From Setoptus koraiensis (Eukaryota; Animalia; Arthropoda): DNA of 64,000 bases. This document shows, piece by piece, positions 37,001-49,230 of this stretch. Location of the stretch: NCBI GenBank assembly GCA_048013815.1, contig CM106585.1, positions 5,270,001 to 5,334,000 on the forward strand. Reading direction: 5' to 3'. Both the position numbers and the translations under genes were made by a program. Under the pieces are notes generated by a model. It was not told the origin of the DNA and searched no databases. It worked only from the letters and a program-made list of their open reading frames with translations. The stretch's first letter is position 1. Each line of letters begins with the position of its first letter.

Positions 37001-38294
37001 CTTCTTCTTCTTCTTCTTGTCTACTGTCTTTGATTTGTCAGTAGGCATACCAATAAAACAATAATCCAGCATGACACCAAGTGGTTGGACATGGTCAACT
37101 GGATCGCGCCGCGCGACTGGACATGGTCACCAACACCAGACAGGCACCAGCCCAGATATAATTACTTGATTTTGTTGTTGATTGAATGGCATCTATGGCG
37201 AGCAGCGTCACTTACAGGAGGGCAGCTAACGATGGCAATTATAACGAAAATGATTAATTAGTAATTTTGGTGGACATAAAAACAAGATGGCACCACAAGC
37301 TTTCCGCATACTTGTAGACATTGTTGAAAATAGCTGCTTGTAAGCAGCGAGAAAGAGGGACTCAAAATTTGAGCTAAAAATGGAACAAGTGAACGTGCAA
37401 AGGTTCCTCCTTTCCCCCGGCCGGCCCCCGGTTGGGCCGTTTTAGGCCACGTTACATTGGCACAATGGTTGTGCCAATACTACTGGCCCAATAGTGCTGC
37501 CGGTGGCTCAAATGCGACAGCCAGAGCGCCCTGCGCAGCCCTCGTTTCCCCCAGCTTGGGCTCGCACTTGTTGTTGTGCAAGTCGAACGGCAGATCCGCC
37601 GCGCTCAAGTGCGCACAACAGACAATTCAATCAAACGAGCTGGTCACTCCGCCACTGTGCTGTTTCAACAAACACCGAGCATGAGCCGGCACATTTGTCA
37701 CGCGCCCGCTGTAGCGGCTACAGAGTAGTTTGCGCGCGACTTGAGCCGGTTGAGCGGGTCTCGAAGATGAATAAAAGCGAAAGTCGGGTCTCAACTTTTA
37801 TCTGCGTGTATCTGCAAGTGCCATATAGCGCTATCACACTTTTGTGCATCGTACTGTATGGCAGCGACTCAATTTCGAATTGTTTCGTCTACTTTTGAAC
37901 AAATCGTTATTACTCGTTTTTATTCCTTTTCTTCTCTCTTCATTCTTACCATATTATTGCCCCTAAATTTTGTTGTTATCATTATTATTATCACTTATGA
38001 TATTTCAATATTTTTCTTTTTTGTTAAGATTGCGGGCTGCTGATTATATTATTCGATGCAAATACTATTAACATCATCTATCAACGTCTGCCAGTGCAAG
38101 CAGCGTTGCAATGAGTCAATCCTATCGACTAACAAACCCCAGACAGTTGGCAAATTAGTTCATCATCATGGAATCCTTAAGGAAGGCGAGGGAAACGAAA
38201 GGGAGAGTTGCTCACAGTCTGTAGGCCGGTCTAAACAAACTCCATCACACCTTGGCTCACAGCACCCTTGGCACCTCTATTATCATCATGGATA

Positions 38295-38600
38295 TACAAC
38301 AGCAACAACAACAACAACAACATCAACGACTGCAACAACGACACCGACAACAACAGCAACAACTACCACAAATTAACTCACGCCCACCACCAACGTTACG
38401 TGACGTCTTGCTTCGTCTCGTCCCGACTTGATTTTACTTGGCTTCACTTTACTACCACTAGCCTAATCAACTCGGCTTCACCGCCACCACCACCACCACC
38501 ACTACTACAACTACCACTTCTACCACCACTAATGTCTATATTACCACTATTAGCACCTACTACCTCCGTTGCCGCTGCTACTACAACCATCGCTACCACT
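38295..38600. repeat. CAA/CAC/CTA trinucleotide microsatellite region upstream of the cuticular protein gene
   Basis: Visible (CAA)n, (CAC)n and (CTA)n runs; these explain the low-complexity ORFs there. Confidence 0.8.
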
Positions 38601-39035
38601 AAACGCTGGCTAGCAAAGTAACCAGCCGAATGTGTCCATGACTCAATTCCATGCAATCAATATCAAGCAATCGAAAGTGTCAGTAATTTTCCAACAAAAG
38701 TATAAATAGGTTAGTTAGCAGATACTAGATGCCAGATCACACAAACCAATAGTTTAGACAAGAAGACAAAGCTTAAAGTTGAAAACAACCTCACAAACAT
38801 CCTTTAGATAGATCAGTCAATTAACACCAAAACAATCGACAACATGTATTCCACAAAAGTAAAGTATCTCGACAATTGCACCATGGTTAACGAAGCAGCT
38901 ATATGACACATCGATGTTTTCGTGCGACTACCAATATCAAATATATACATACTACTTATCTAACGTATCTAATCTGTAATCTAACAACTGTCATCTTAAT
39001 TAATCCATATTCCATGTCTGAAAAATTCAACAAAA

Positions 39036-41532
39036 ATGTTGAAACAGGCTTTTTACCTATTAGCTGTTGTTGCTGTCTCAACAGTTGCCCTGATCGATGC
39101 TGCAGCAGTCAAGGGTCGCACTCAACAAGAGAACTTTGACCAATCTGCACAATCACCAAGGTTTACATCTCCAGTCAAGTCACCAGCTTCTAATAGGCCA
39201 CCAACTCCAAGCAAAACCAATGTTCAACCAATCCAACAACAACCAATCCCACAACAACAGGAACAACAACAACAAGAGCTAACAGATATTGAACCAACTG
39301 GAGCCGCCGCTCAGGCTGACTTGGCGAGCATTGCCCCCAATCGTGCCGAACCAGAACAACCAGAGCCAGAGCCATACTCTTTCAACTACTCATTCGACAG
39401 CGGAGACACCGCCACCTCTGGATCTAGCGAACGTCAAGAGACACAAGATGCTAGCGGAAAAGTAACAGGTAAGTTGTTCATACAAGAATTCTAGTTTCTC
39501 ATCTCAATCTTCTGCATCTTCATGATATGAGGTTAATTAAGTGTGCACATGAGAATCGTGTGACAGATGGTCATAACCGATTAATAGGATGTGATTTCTA
39601 TAAAGATTAGCTTTCATAGATTTGCGTGTTGAAAAATTTAATTATTTGACTCCAACTACTAGTTGATTCCATATGCCCGAAGGGTATATCTCATCCTTCC
39701 GTGCGACGTGAATCAGTTGAGACAAGTCTCTTTAACACTATCTCATTTTGTCAGCTCACAATCATGCTGCAATCAATAACAACATCAATCAAATCTGATT
39801 CTTAGAAAACAAGGGTGCTTCACATTGTAATGGTTACCGGTAGCCGGCGAGACTTACTGGCATTGGTTGATCCCACACATTTAGCACGCTTGCACAATTT
39901 GGCTAGCATATCAATTAAGTGAAAGTATGATAATTGAGCTTTGTTAACAACTAACTCAATAGGCATAGTGCTTGAGATTATTCCTTTTTTTCATTGAGTG
40001 AATAAAAAATGATGATGCAATAAGCATAAAATGAATACCGGCAATAGCTTCTTTCTCGTACAATACGTGATTGTTTAATATATTAGCAACCGGATAGGCA
40101 GAGGTCACAGTATGAGAGTACTAATACTAATTGAACACCCCGATCAATAATAATGCGCAGTCAATATAAACAAAAGCTAATCTAATGTTTAAATCATAAA
40201 GGCAAAAAGATGGTAGTTTCTCAGTTGCAAAATTTGTGTATTAACGCACTATTTGTTAAGACGAACCTCTTTTAGGAGATTTATTCTATAGAAACACTTA
40301 ACAGCTTGATTGATCTAGATCCATATGTTTATGCTGAAGATGATGTATGTTCTCAGAATAAATTGTTTTAAAGCAATCGTGCCGTCATATTTTAAGTGTG
40401 CAAATATGCACCTTATTATGATAATAAGGTAATCACCACTTCGAAGAAAGCCCCACTGAACGTTGTTTAGTGAAACAAGCGCATACATGAATTTTGACTA
40501 AAAGTGGTTTCGTTATCTGGTTGCGCATTCTTACAGAACAAACATTGTACATACTTATGAATATTAATCATGTCATGTTAAAGACAACAGATTTAAATGA
40601 TAATGAATGGCATGATATCCATTCAGGCATGATTGATTATTTGTCGGCTTGCTTGTACAGGTGTCAGCCATAATGTGTGTAGTATACCAAATTGCCTCGC
40701 AAATGATTGGTAATTAGAATGAACAACGATTTCACCTATCTACACGCAAGTCATGTTTTAAAGCAAAGGGTGCACAATTAAGATGACAGTGTCGTCGTCT
40801 TCGTTGTTGTTGTGATAGAAGATTGATTACTTCCGGAAGGAATTTTATGGCTCTTCAAGCCTGTGTACCTGAACATAAATCTTCTATCAATTCTTTACAC
40901 ATACTCATTCGTACAACGTATTTGTTGCATTATCACTTAATTGCTTGACTAAACAAATTTTATCTCTCCATTAGGTTTCTACACATTGAAAGGAGACGAT
41001 GGACGCGACCGTAGAGTCGAATATACCGCTGATGCCAATGGATTCCGCGCCGTCATCGTAACAAACGAAATCGGAACCGCACCAAAGAACTCTGCTGATG
41101 GTAAGTATATATGCAAATAGCACCTTATAGTACTTGAGACACGAAAAAAAAATTGCAACTAATTATGTGTATCAATTCTCATCTCATCAAAATGATATAG
41201 TCGAATGGCAAGCACAATCCCCAAGTGAGGCTCAATTGAGAGCTGCTGAATCAGCAACCGAAATTGCCAGACAAAGAGCCCCAGCGCAACAGGCCAGATC
41301 TAAGCTCAACGGCAGCAGCAGCAACAGCAACAACATCCGTCAAAGACCAATTGACCAACAACGTGAATCGATACCAAGCGCTTCCAAGACTTCGCCCCAA
41401 TTCACCGCTCAACAGTCTCAACAGTTCAACCAGGAACCTTTTGAGCAAATAAGACAAACCAATGAACTAAACGCCAGAACAAGAAAGTCTCGTCATGCCC
41501 CAAACTTCCCAGAGTTTATGTTTTACGTTTGA
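39036..41532 (+). CDS. Cuticular protein with Rebers-Riddiford chitin-binding domain (chelicerate type)
   Basis: Exons 39036-39468, 40975-41100 and 41201-41532(?) with introns of 1506 and 100 nt. Signal peptide MLKQAFYLLAVVAVSTVALIDA, PEPYSFNY...RQETQDASGKVTG|FYTLKGDDGRDRRVEYTADANGFRAVIVTNEIGT, Q-rich tail. Confidence 0.9.
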
Positions 41533-42960
41533 AGATAGACTGATAGGCCCAAAATAAGAGACAATCAATAATTGACACATTTAATGATCTTTGTCTTGTT
41601 TTAGCGTGTTCAATTCATTCTTTGTCCACCCAACAGCTCATTGTACGACAATGCATTTGAAACAATTATCAAACAAAAAAGCTTTGTGTGTGTAAAGCTG
41701 CGTGTAAGCCGCATCGAAAATAATAATAAACTTGCGAGTCGATCCTGCTGTCGAATTGCAAAGATTTTATTTCACACCAACCATTACTAGTCTTGCTAAT
41801 AATAATAGTAATAATAACTTATTTAACTCGGCCATAAATAGAAGTTAATTGGATAAGCCAAGCAACGTGAGCACACAGACAAACAAGCCAGGAAAGCTTG
41901 CAATGATATCATCTATATCTAACAAGCGAATGGTGGTCTAAACGTCGCTCGAAAAAGAGGTTTTATTCACCTGCACCAGGTAGGACTGACGCTCGTGAGA
42001 GCGCTGTTGATGCTGACGGTGTTACTCATCGAGCGACGGAGTCACTCACACTGGTCTTTTGTATATATTATAAAAGAACAAACATAAACTCATTAAATAT
42101 GTTCCCTTATCTTAATGATAAACAGAGAGAGCTGTGGCGTTGTTTATTGTTAAAAGAGTCTATATATGTATATGGCTGGTATGTACCTGAACGCCACCAG
42201 AGCCGTTGTCGTTGTTGTTGTTGCTGTCGTTGTCGTTGTTGCTGTTGTTGTTGCTGGACATTCGAGCACCATTAACAAGTTGCCAGGTCATCAATCTTAG
42301 GACTGTTTGTGTGTGTGCCTAACGGGAAATGTTCAAGTTGAGTCAAGTTGAAAGAGTAGTCAGTGGTAATGCGCGCGTCTCGCTCTTTCTATCTGGCTTC
42401 GTTTGGTGGATATTGTCGCCTGTTGCTGTTGTTGTTGCTGTTGCTGTTTTTGCTGTTGCCGTTGCGGTTGATGTGCAGAAGCCAACAATGATGTAATAGT
42501 TGATAGATTTAGACGAGATACACACAACCACAACCATATCGACCACAACAGGTGCGTGGATATAAAGAGTGTGTGTGTGTTTCCTGAAATTAATATTAAA
42601 TTTATTGGTCATGTCATACTAGTCAGTGAGCAGCGTCGCTCGATGGCCCGAGGTGCCATACAGGTTGACTATGTTTAGAATGACATTGATTATTACGTAA
42701 CGCAAGTGACAAATAAAACAAGCGACAAATAAAAATGGCAACTTGGCTCAAACCGGCCAGGCACAAGAGAAACGAGCGAGCGAGCGAGAGAGAGAAAAAC
42801 TAGTTTTGTTAATATCGTCATTGCTGTGACATAGTCGACTATTAGCGAGCATTAGCGAGTTGGCAACTTGTCACAGTTGGCCTGAGCTGCCAACGGGTAG
42901 TGGACGGGCCTGTGGGTCCGGTGCGGCGCGCCGCGCCGCGATCCATCTGGCTCTGTTAAA

Positions 42961-43965
42961 TCACAGCGGATCCTCGAATAGCAATTGTTTTATCCTTCGC
43001 CTCTCGTCTCTCATATCTCTCTGGCTGAACTTCATGGGCATTTCTGCTGTGGCCAGACATTGCGCAAATTTGCAAACGAACACACCGCAATCGTAGCCAT
43101 TTGTTTGCTTAGGAACACTGGGCACCCTCAGTGGCCACCTACCGGTCGAGCCTTGTTGTCGGAACAGCTCGCCAAAGAAATTTGCCAGATAGGCCCCAAT
43201 TTTTTCGTTCGACCTCCAGGAACTATCAAAAATGGACACGGTCGCCGATTTGGGATCTGCGCTTGCAAGTATCCAGTGATTGGATTTCTCTATGGGCATC
43301 AACAACAGTCTGTAGTTGCGCAAAGATTGCACCGGAGGAAATCTCCTCTTGAGCTCCTCATTGATGGCATTCGGCAGTCTGTCCTTGTCGAACTCCTTAT
43401 GGGGCCACTGAGCCTCCAGTTGCGGATAAAAGTGCGCGTCGAATATGAATATATCGGTGTGGTTCAGTTGGAGCTTGCGCATGAAAGCGTTCATGATGTT
43501 GTCGTCGAGCCACTCGTTCGAATCCAGAATATCCATCTCTTCGCGTCCAACAATGGCGTTGCAAATCCAATATTTGCTGGTGTATTCTCTGCGTTTGGCA
43601 ATTGGCGCTTCCGTCACAATTCCGTCACACTTTGGCGCCGGCTGGTCTTTTTGCTGGCGCAACCAACTTTTGAAGATGGTGCCTGTGACCGGCTCATCGT
43701 CGGTGTCACTGTCGTCGGCGTCGCTGGCGCTGTCGTCCGCTCTTGAGTTGCCGTAAATGTCGTATTGGTCGTCGTCAGTGTCATAATGGTCCGATGACCG
43801 GTGGCGATAATACCCGCCAGAGTGCCCTTGCGCCGCGTTGTCGTCATAATTGATTTCGATGGAAATAATAGGCGATGTATCGGCGTTTTCCGTCAAAGTG
43901 AGGCCCATGGATGGTGCCAATGAGCACGCCATGAGCAGCAACAAAGTGCCGGTAGCGGTTTGCAT
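42961..43965 (-). CDS. Signal-peptide-bearing Ulp1/SENP-like cysteine protease (peptidase C48), copy A, 334 aa
   Basis: ATG at 43965 (ORF-track start 43998 is TTG). Signal-like MQTATGTLLLLMACSLAPSMG, acidic linker, then WLDDNIMNAFM, FDAHFY, PIEKSNHWIL (His), IFDS (Asp), KQTNGYDCGVF (Gln/Cys), FSQRDMRDER. Intronless. Confidence 0.88.
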   Translation of the reverse strand: MQTATGTLLLLMACSLAPSMGLTLTENADTSPIISIEINYDDNAAQGHSGGYYRHRSSDHYDTDDDQYDIYGNSRADDSASDADDSDTDDEPVTGTIFKSWLRQQKDQPAPKCDGIVTEAPIAKRREYTSKYWICNAIVGREEMDILDSNEWLDDNIMNAFMRKLQLNHTDIFIFDAHFYPQLEAQWPHKEFDKDRLPNAINEELKRRFPPVQSLRNYRLLLMPIEKSNHWILASADPKSATVSIFDSSWRSNEKIGAYLANFFGELFRQQGSTGRWPLRVPSVPKQTNGYDCGVFVCKFAQCLATAEMPMKFSQRDMRDERRRIKQLLFEDPL

Positions 43966-44421
43966 TTCGGCTGCGTTTGCGCGTTTACAAACGATCAACA
44001 GGCGATCAACAGGTGATTATTCGGCTTGATTGGAGTCAATTTGGAAATTTCGTTCGGAAACTTCGGGCCCCATTAGCGTCATTGGCCACACAGTGCAGCA
44101 TGTTCACAATTGGAAATTGAACAAAATTGAAATTCAAAATAAGTTCAAAACAATTTGCGCTGTCGGTCGACTATCGGGCGACATCGCCGATAAATCTCGG
44201 CATGAGCCGCATCTCTGCAGAGACGCGCTCGCCAGCGGAGGGAAAACGCCGCGCAAACTATCGCGTTCATTGTGTGTCAATTTCAATTGGCATGCACTAA
44301 AAAAAAAAAAAAATGCTATCAGTTGTATCGTGTCAAGGCGCATTTTATTGTTGGCCGCGAGCTAATTGGCTCTGGCCGAAATCTATCCAGATGCAACACA
44401 CACACATCTAATACTATTAGA

Positions 44422-45186
44422 TTAATAGCAACTGAACAATCGGCTTTGGATGATCGCTCGTTCGCGCGTTACGTCGGCCTGGCTGAATTTCAACGATTGG
44501 CCATTGATCAAATTTTCGGCGTATTTCAGCGCAAACACACCGCAGTCGTAACCGTTGGTCTGGCGTGCAATTCCAGTGGCAACCACAATGCGCCACTGAT
44601 TTCTCGATTCGCCAAACAATGCTGCGAAATAGTCGCGAACTTGCGAGGCCGCCACCGTGGATCGGGAGCCCAAACTGTCGTAAAAGGTGACCAGGCGCCT
44701 GGCGGGTTCCACGGCCACCAATGTCCAGTGGTTCGAATTGAGCAGGGCCGGCACAAGAATCAGTCTGTAGCGGGCCAATCGGTCGCTAGACGGATGCTTC
44801 GACAGCATCTCTCCATCCTGAACAATTTCGTCAATGGAGGCGCCCATTTCGTCCAATCTGAGCTCCAGTTGCACATAAAAGTACAGGTCCATCGCAAATA
44901 CGTCCGAATGGCCGCGTTTCAGCACACTCATGTAGCCGTTCATGATGCCATTGTCTAGCCAGCCCGTTCGGGAACTCAATATTTGCAATTGTTTGTCGTC
45001 GAGATATTCGCTTGTCAGCCAATAGGGATCCTCGTATTCTTTTGGCGAGCATACGCCGCTTGCCGGTTGATAGTCGCCTGAATGAGAGTAGCCCCAGAAA
45101 TCGGCGCGCGACGGCACACCGACGGTCAGCAGGGCGACCAGCAGGCCGGCGGCGAGAGCGGTTTTGAGTTGGGGCGCTTCGACCAT
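44422..45186 (-). CDS. Signal-peptide-bearing Ulp1/SENP-like cysteine protease (peptidase C48), copy B, 254 aa
   Basis: ATG at 45186. Signal-like MVEAPQLKTALAAGLLVALLTVGVPSRA, then WLDNGIMNGYM, MDLYFY, PALLNSNHWTL (His), FYDS (Asp), RQTNGYDCGVF (Gln/Cys), FSQADVTRER. Intronless. Confidence 0.88.
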   Translation of the reverse strand: MVEAPQLKTALAAGLLVALLTVGVPSRADFWGYSHSGDYQPASGVCSPKEYEDPYWLTSEYLDDKQLQILSSRTGWLDNGIMNGYMSVLKRGHSDVFAMDLYFYVQLELRLDEMGASIDEIVQDGEMLSKHPSSDRLARYRLILVPALLNSNHWTLVAVEPARRLVTFYDSLGSRSTVAASQVRDYFAALFGESRNQWRIVVATGIARQTNGYDCGVFALKYAENLINGQSLKFSQADVTRERAIIQSRLFSCY

Positions 45187-48100
45187 CTCAATCGTGTGCG
45201 TTTCAATTGGATGAAATATGCGGGTTGTTGATGCGTCGGGTCGTTGCGTTATCGCCGTACGATTGCTAATTTTGAATATCGTCGTGTCGTCGAGCAATTC
45301 GTGGATGTATCGCGCAACAGCGACAAGCCAGCCAAATAGCGATAGTCGCTGCCGTGGCTGTTCGAGTCAATGCATTGAATATTTTCAATATCACGCCAAC
45401 TTCAATATCAGCGATATTAAAAATAGCTGCTAGCGGCCACATGATCACCTGTCGTCCTGATGACAATTCCCGTCTGTCGAGCTCGGGTGAGCTCGACATA
45501 TGCGCATTGTCATGCTGACAATGGGCAGCGAGGCAACAGTGACAAGAGCGATACGCAGATAGCAGCTCATTACATCATCGGCCGGGGCGATAACGTTCTG
45601 GCAAGCTGACTGATATGAAGTCAGCTTGCCACACTGATATGAAGGCTGCTAACAACTGAGCGACTGACGGCCCCCAGGCGAGACGGCCGGTCGGTTGCGA
45701 TGGTTGTGCTGATATGTGCCAGCGACTCACACAGACCTAAGCCGAGCGATCTGATTGACAGTTTACGAGTTTCGTTGGCGCTTTCGTTGAGTGCGCTTCG
45801 TGGCGAGCGGAAGCCGACAATTATGCCAAAATAATATGATGATGTAATATTAATTGGCATTAGTTGGGGCAGGCGTCCGCGGCGTGTCGCGATGCAGTTA
45901 TCCGTGCTCATCGTTAATTGAGCCAAAGGCCAAAATAAAGTCAAATGGGCAGATAATTAACGGACAGTTGCAATCGCACTGTCGACAGTGGCCGGCATCA
46001 GCAGATGATGTCGCCATTTCGGGCGCCGGTCAGTGTGTGTTTTGGGCTGTTGGCTTGGCAATTGTGTCACGTCAATGTCCGGCCGGCTCGCTTGGCGCTC
46101 GCACGGCCGTCGGACAGTCGGGCCGCTCGCACGGCCGTCGGACAGTCGGGCCGCTAATGACTAATTGAGCCACCAACTGATCGGGCCAACAACTGATCGA
46201 GCCAACAGCTGATCGGGGGTCATAAACACATGAAATGTCATCATCAGCTGTGTGTCGGTCTCGCCATAATATGGCGGCCATAGCGTGTAACTGGCGATGT
46301 CGCTGCTTGTCAATCCCAAATTGACAATTCGGGTCAATTCAATCTCAGCGCCCATGCGCTGGTCGTCTATCTGGTTGTCTATTGGGCGCGCTTGTCCATT
46401 ATGTAGCCGTGAACTGGACTGGCGACAATAATAAAACGCTGCCAGACAACACACACACACACACAAGTCGAGATAACAAACACGAACGAGATATAACAGC
46501 AGCAATAATAACACAGACAGATAAATAAAATAAAATGAGAAGATAAAATAAAAAAGGCACGACACGAAATACGATGCGCATACACGATGAATAATTAGCC
46601 AGTCGCACATAAATAAATAACAGCGCACAAAAGAAGCGATCGATGGCGCCGAGCTAGTTTCGGCAAGCCAGTTCGCTATTGGCTGTGAGTGTCGTTAAAA
46701 TGTTGTTGTTGTTGCTGTTTCGCTTAATTGGCTGCGCTCGCGACGAGCGTCCCCTTTGTCATGCTAATGTCGACCTTTCGTCATTTGTTGCTGTCGCTGC
46801 TGTTGGCGCTGTTGTTGCGTCGCTGGAAAATTCTCATAATGCGACTGAGTCAATTTGCGCGAATCGCGAGAGAATCGCGAAAGAATCGCGAAAGAATCGC
46901 GCCCAGCCCAGAGCGGCGCTCTTTTCTTCGCGCACATCGATTTAATTTATTAATAACAGCGCTCGCTCAATTCAAGATCATTTGGCGCTGACGCAACAGC
47001 GCTCAAATTTGCCGACTTTCAAAGTCAAGTGTGAGTTGCGCCATTTCGGCTCGGCTCGGCGAGCCGTCGCGCCAATCGGCCAACGAATAGTCGCGCGCGA
47101 TTGCGAAACCGAGAAGCCGGGCTTGTCGTGTCAATACTATTGAGTCAATACTATTGAGTCAATGGTGCCGAGCAGAACAGCAAAAAGACGGACGCAGTTC
47201 GCAAAGACAACGACACAAAGATCACCAAGACGCCAATGGACCGGCCAGAGCCGAGATTTTCGCGTCGCTGTCACTCGAGCGAACGGTCGCCCTAATTGCG
47301 TCGCCCACTATGACACTTGGCTGGCAAGCGCGCCCTTTCGCAAGTCCGACATGCTGATATATCAGCTGATATATCATACATGATATAAATATATCATCGT
47401 GATGATATTATCATCATGGCAACGGCTCGCCCAGGAATATATGGGCCGGCGATGGCAATTTTTCATCTATTCCATGCATTTCCATCGCATGACCATTGCG
47501 ACTGCATTAGGCAGATATATTAAAGCTGGAATATAATTAATTGTTTGGCCCGATCACTTTGTAGCTGTTGTCGTTGTCGCTGTTGTCGCTGTTGTCGCTG
47601 TTGTCGTTGCCGTTGTCGTTGCCGTTGCCGTTGCTGTTGTCGCTGTCATGGCAATTGCGACAAGTCACTCAGCGGCCGCTAATGAACTGCGCTGGCGACC
47701 CGCCACGAGGCCACTATTAGTGACTTGCCAGTCACTTGCAATCAATCAGCAACTGTAAACGACTTGTTGTCGTAATTGATTATATGACTCGCTGGCAAGC
47801 GAGCCGTCGAGCGGCCACAAACAGACGAACGCGCGGCGACAGCAAATACGTTCATTTAATAAACATTACGCACACTGCCAGATATATGACAAAAATAGCA
47901 GCTTCCATTGCGCGATTCGCCCCATTCGAAGGCTCGGTTCGGGTATTTTTCGGTCGTTTTGCTCGTTTTGGTCGTGCCATCTTGCTCGTTCGGCTGCCTT
48001 TATTTTATGATTGCATTTAATTTTATATGTAGGCTCTCAAATTGGCTCTCAACTGACTTAATTGCGAATTAAATTGCGAATTGAACGGCACCGTGCCAAT

Positions 48101-48469
48101 GTCGTTACCGTAACAGCAACAAAAGGCGCTGCCGAAACCGAATAGCCGAGCACGTGACGAAGCGCTAATCGTCAAATCTCGCCAGCAAGCCACCATTTGC
48201 AACAACCGCTCGCAACAACCGCTCGCAACAACCGTTTGCTAGTCGACAGCTCTTGAGCTTTTATTTATTTATTTATTTATTTATTGTTATTATTATTCGT
48301 TAATTTTGTTGTCAGTTGTGCTGTTAATCTGTTTAGATTGCAGCTCGACGTTTGCCGTTTGTAACGCACGTTTGTAATGCATCATCGCTGGCAAGCCGTC
48401 TTGCCGCACATCGCCAGATTATTACACCACCGGCCGACTTACACTAGACTTTACAGCTCTATTAAACAA

Positions 48470-48501
<32 letters not shown>

Positions 48502-48663
48502 GGGTGTCATTGACGTAATAATAATCGTTCAATAATGTAATTAATAGTTGAGAGTGTGTAAAAAGTGTCGTCAACAATTGCCGCCTTCGAGCCGCACACT
48601 TTACAGAGCGTTTCGTCCGACTTAATTTGTTACATTTGTCCAGTTTGTTACAAATGGTCTACA

Positions 48664-48673
48664 AGTGTGTGTG

Positions 48674-48721
<48 letters not shown>
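48664..48721. repeat. (TG)n microsatellite
   Basis: Nearly perfect TG run. Similar runs at 48471-48498 and 62764-62817. Confidence 0.9.
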
Positions 48722-48723
<2 letters not shown>

Positions 48724-49230
48724 TGGTAAACATACATAGCTGGCCAACTGCAATTGCCACTGTTGCTCATGTGCTAATTACAATTTTGCGCTTGCTTGTT
48801 CTAATTGTCTTAATCGAGCTGTTGCATCACACCTAGATATGTTATGTAATCGTGCTGCGCGTTTGCTTGTGGCGCGCAAATTGTTGCAACGAACGCCAGC
48901 ACCGACACCGATCCGTTGGGGGCCCGTGTTTGCTTGCTCCTCGAAATAGCTTCTTGTTTCAGTGGCTGCGCTCGTTTCGCATGTTTCATCCCGTCATCCG
49001 AAGATCCGAAGGCCCGAATAGATTCAATCTCAAGTGTCACGCCGGCGCGCACAATACACAATCTACGCACAATACATCAATGTGTACAATGCACACAGCA
49101 CTAGTGCTAGTCTACCGATAATTGTCAGTGTTATTATAATAATACATTGTTATTTTGTTAATTAATTACATTAATTATTTTGTTAATTACATTAATTGCT
49201 GGCGATGTTGGCGCACTCGTCTCACATGCA

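Noticed and set aside
42985-44958. Long + strand ORFs (253 aa at 42985-43746, 228 aa at 44272-44958)
   Set aside because: Antisense shadows of the two protease genes; no recognisable motifs of their own.
46161-46260. Peptide LMMTFHVFMTPDQLLAR resembling a RasGEF N-terminal (REM) motif
   Set aside because: No CDC25 exons found downstream, no convincing splice pair, and the segment runs into a short tandem repeat.
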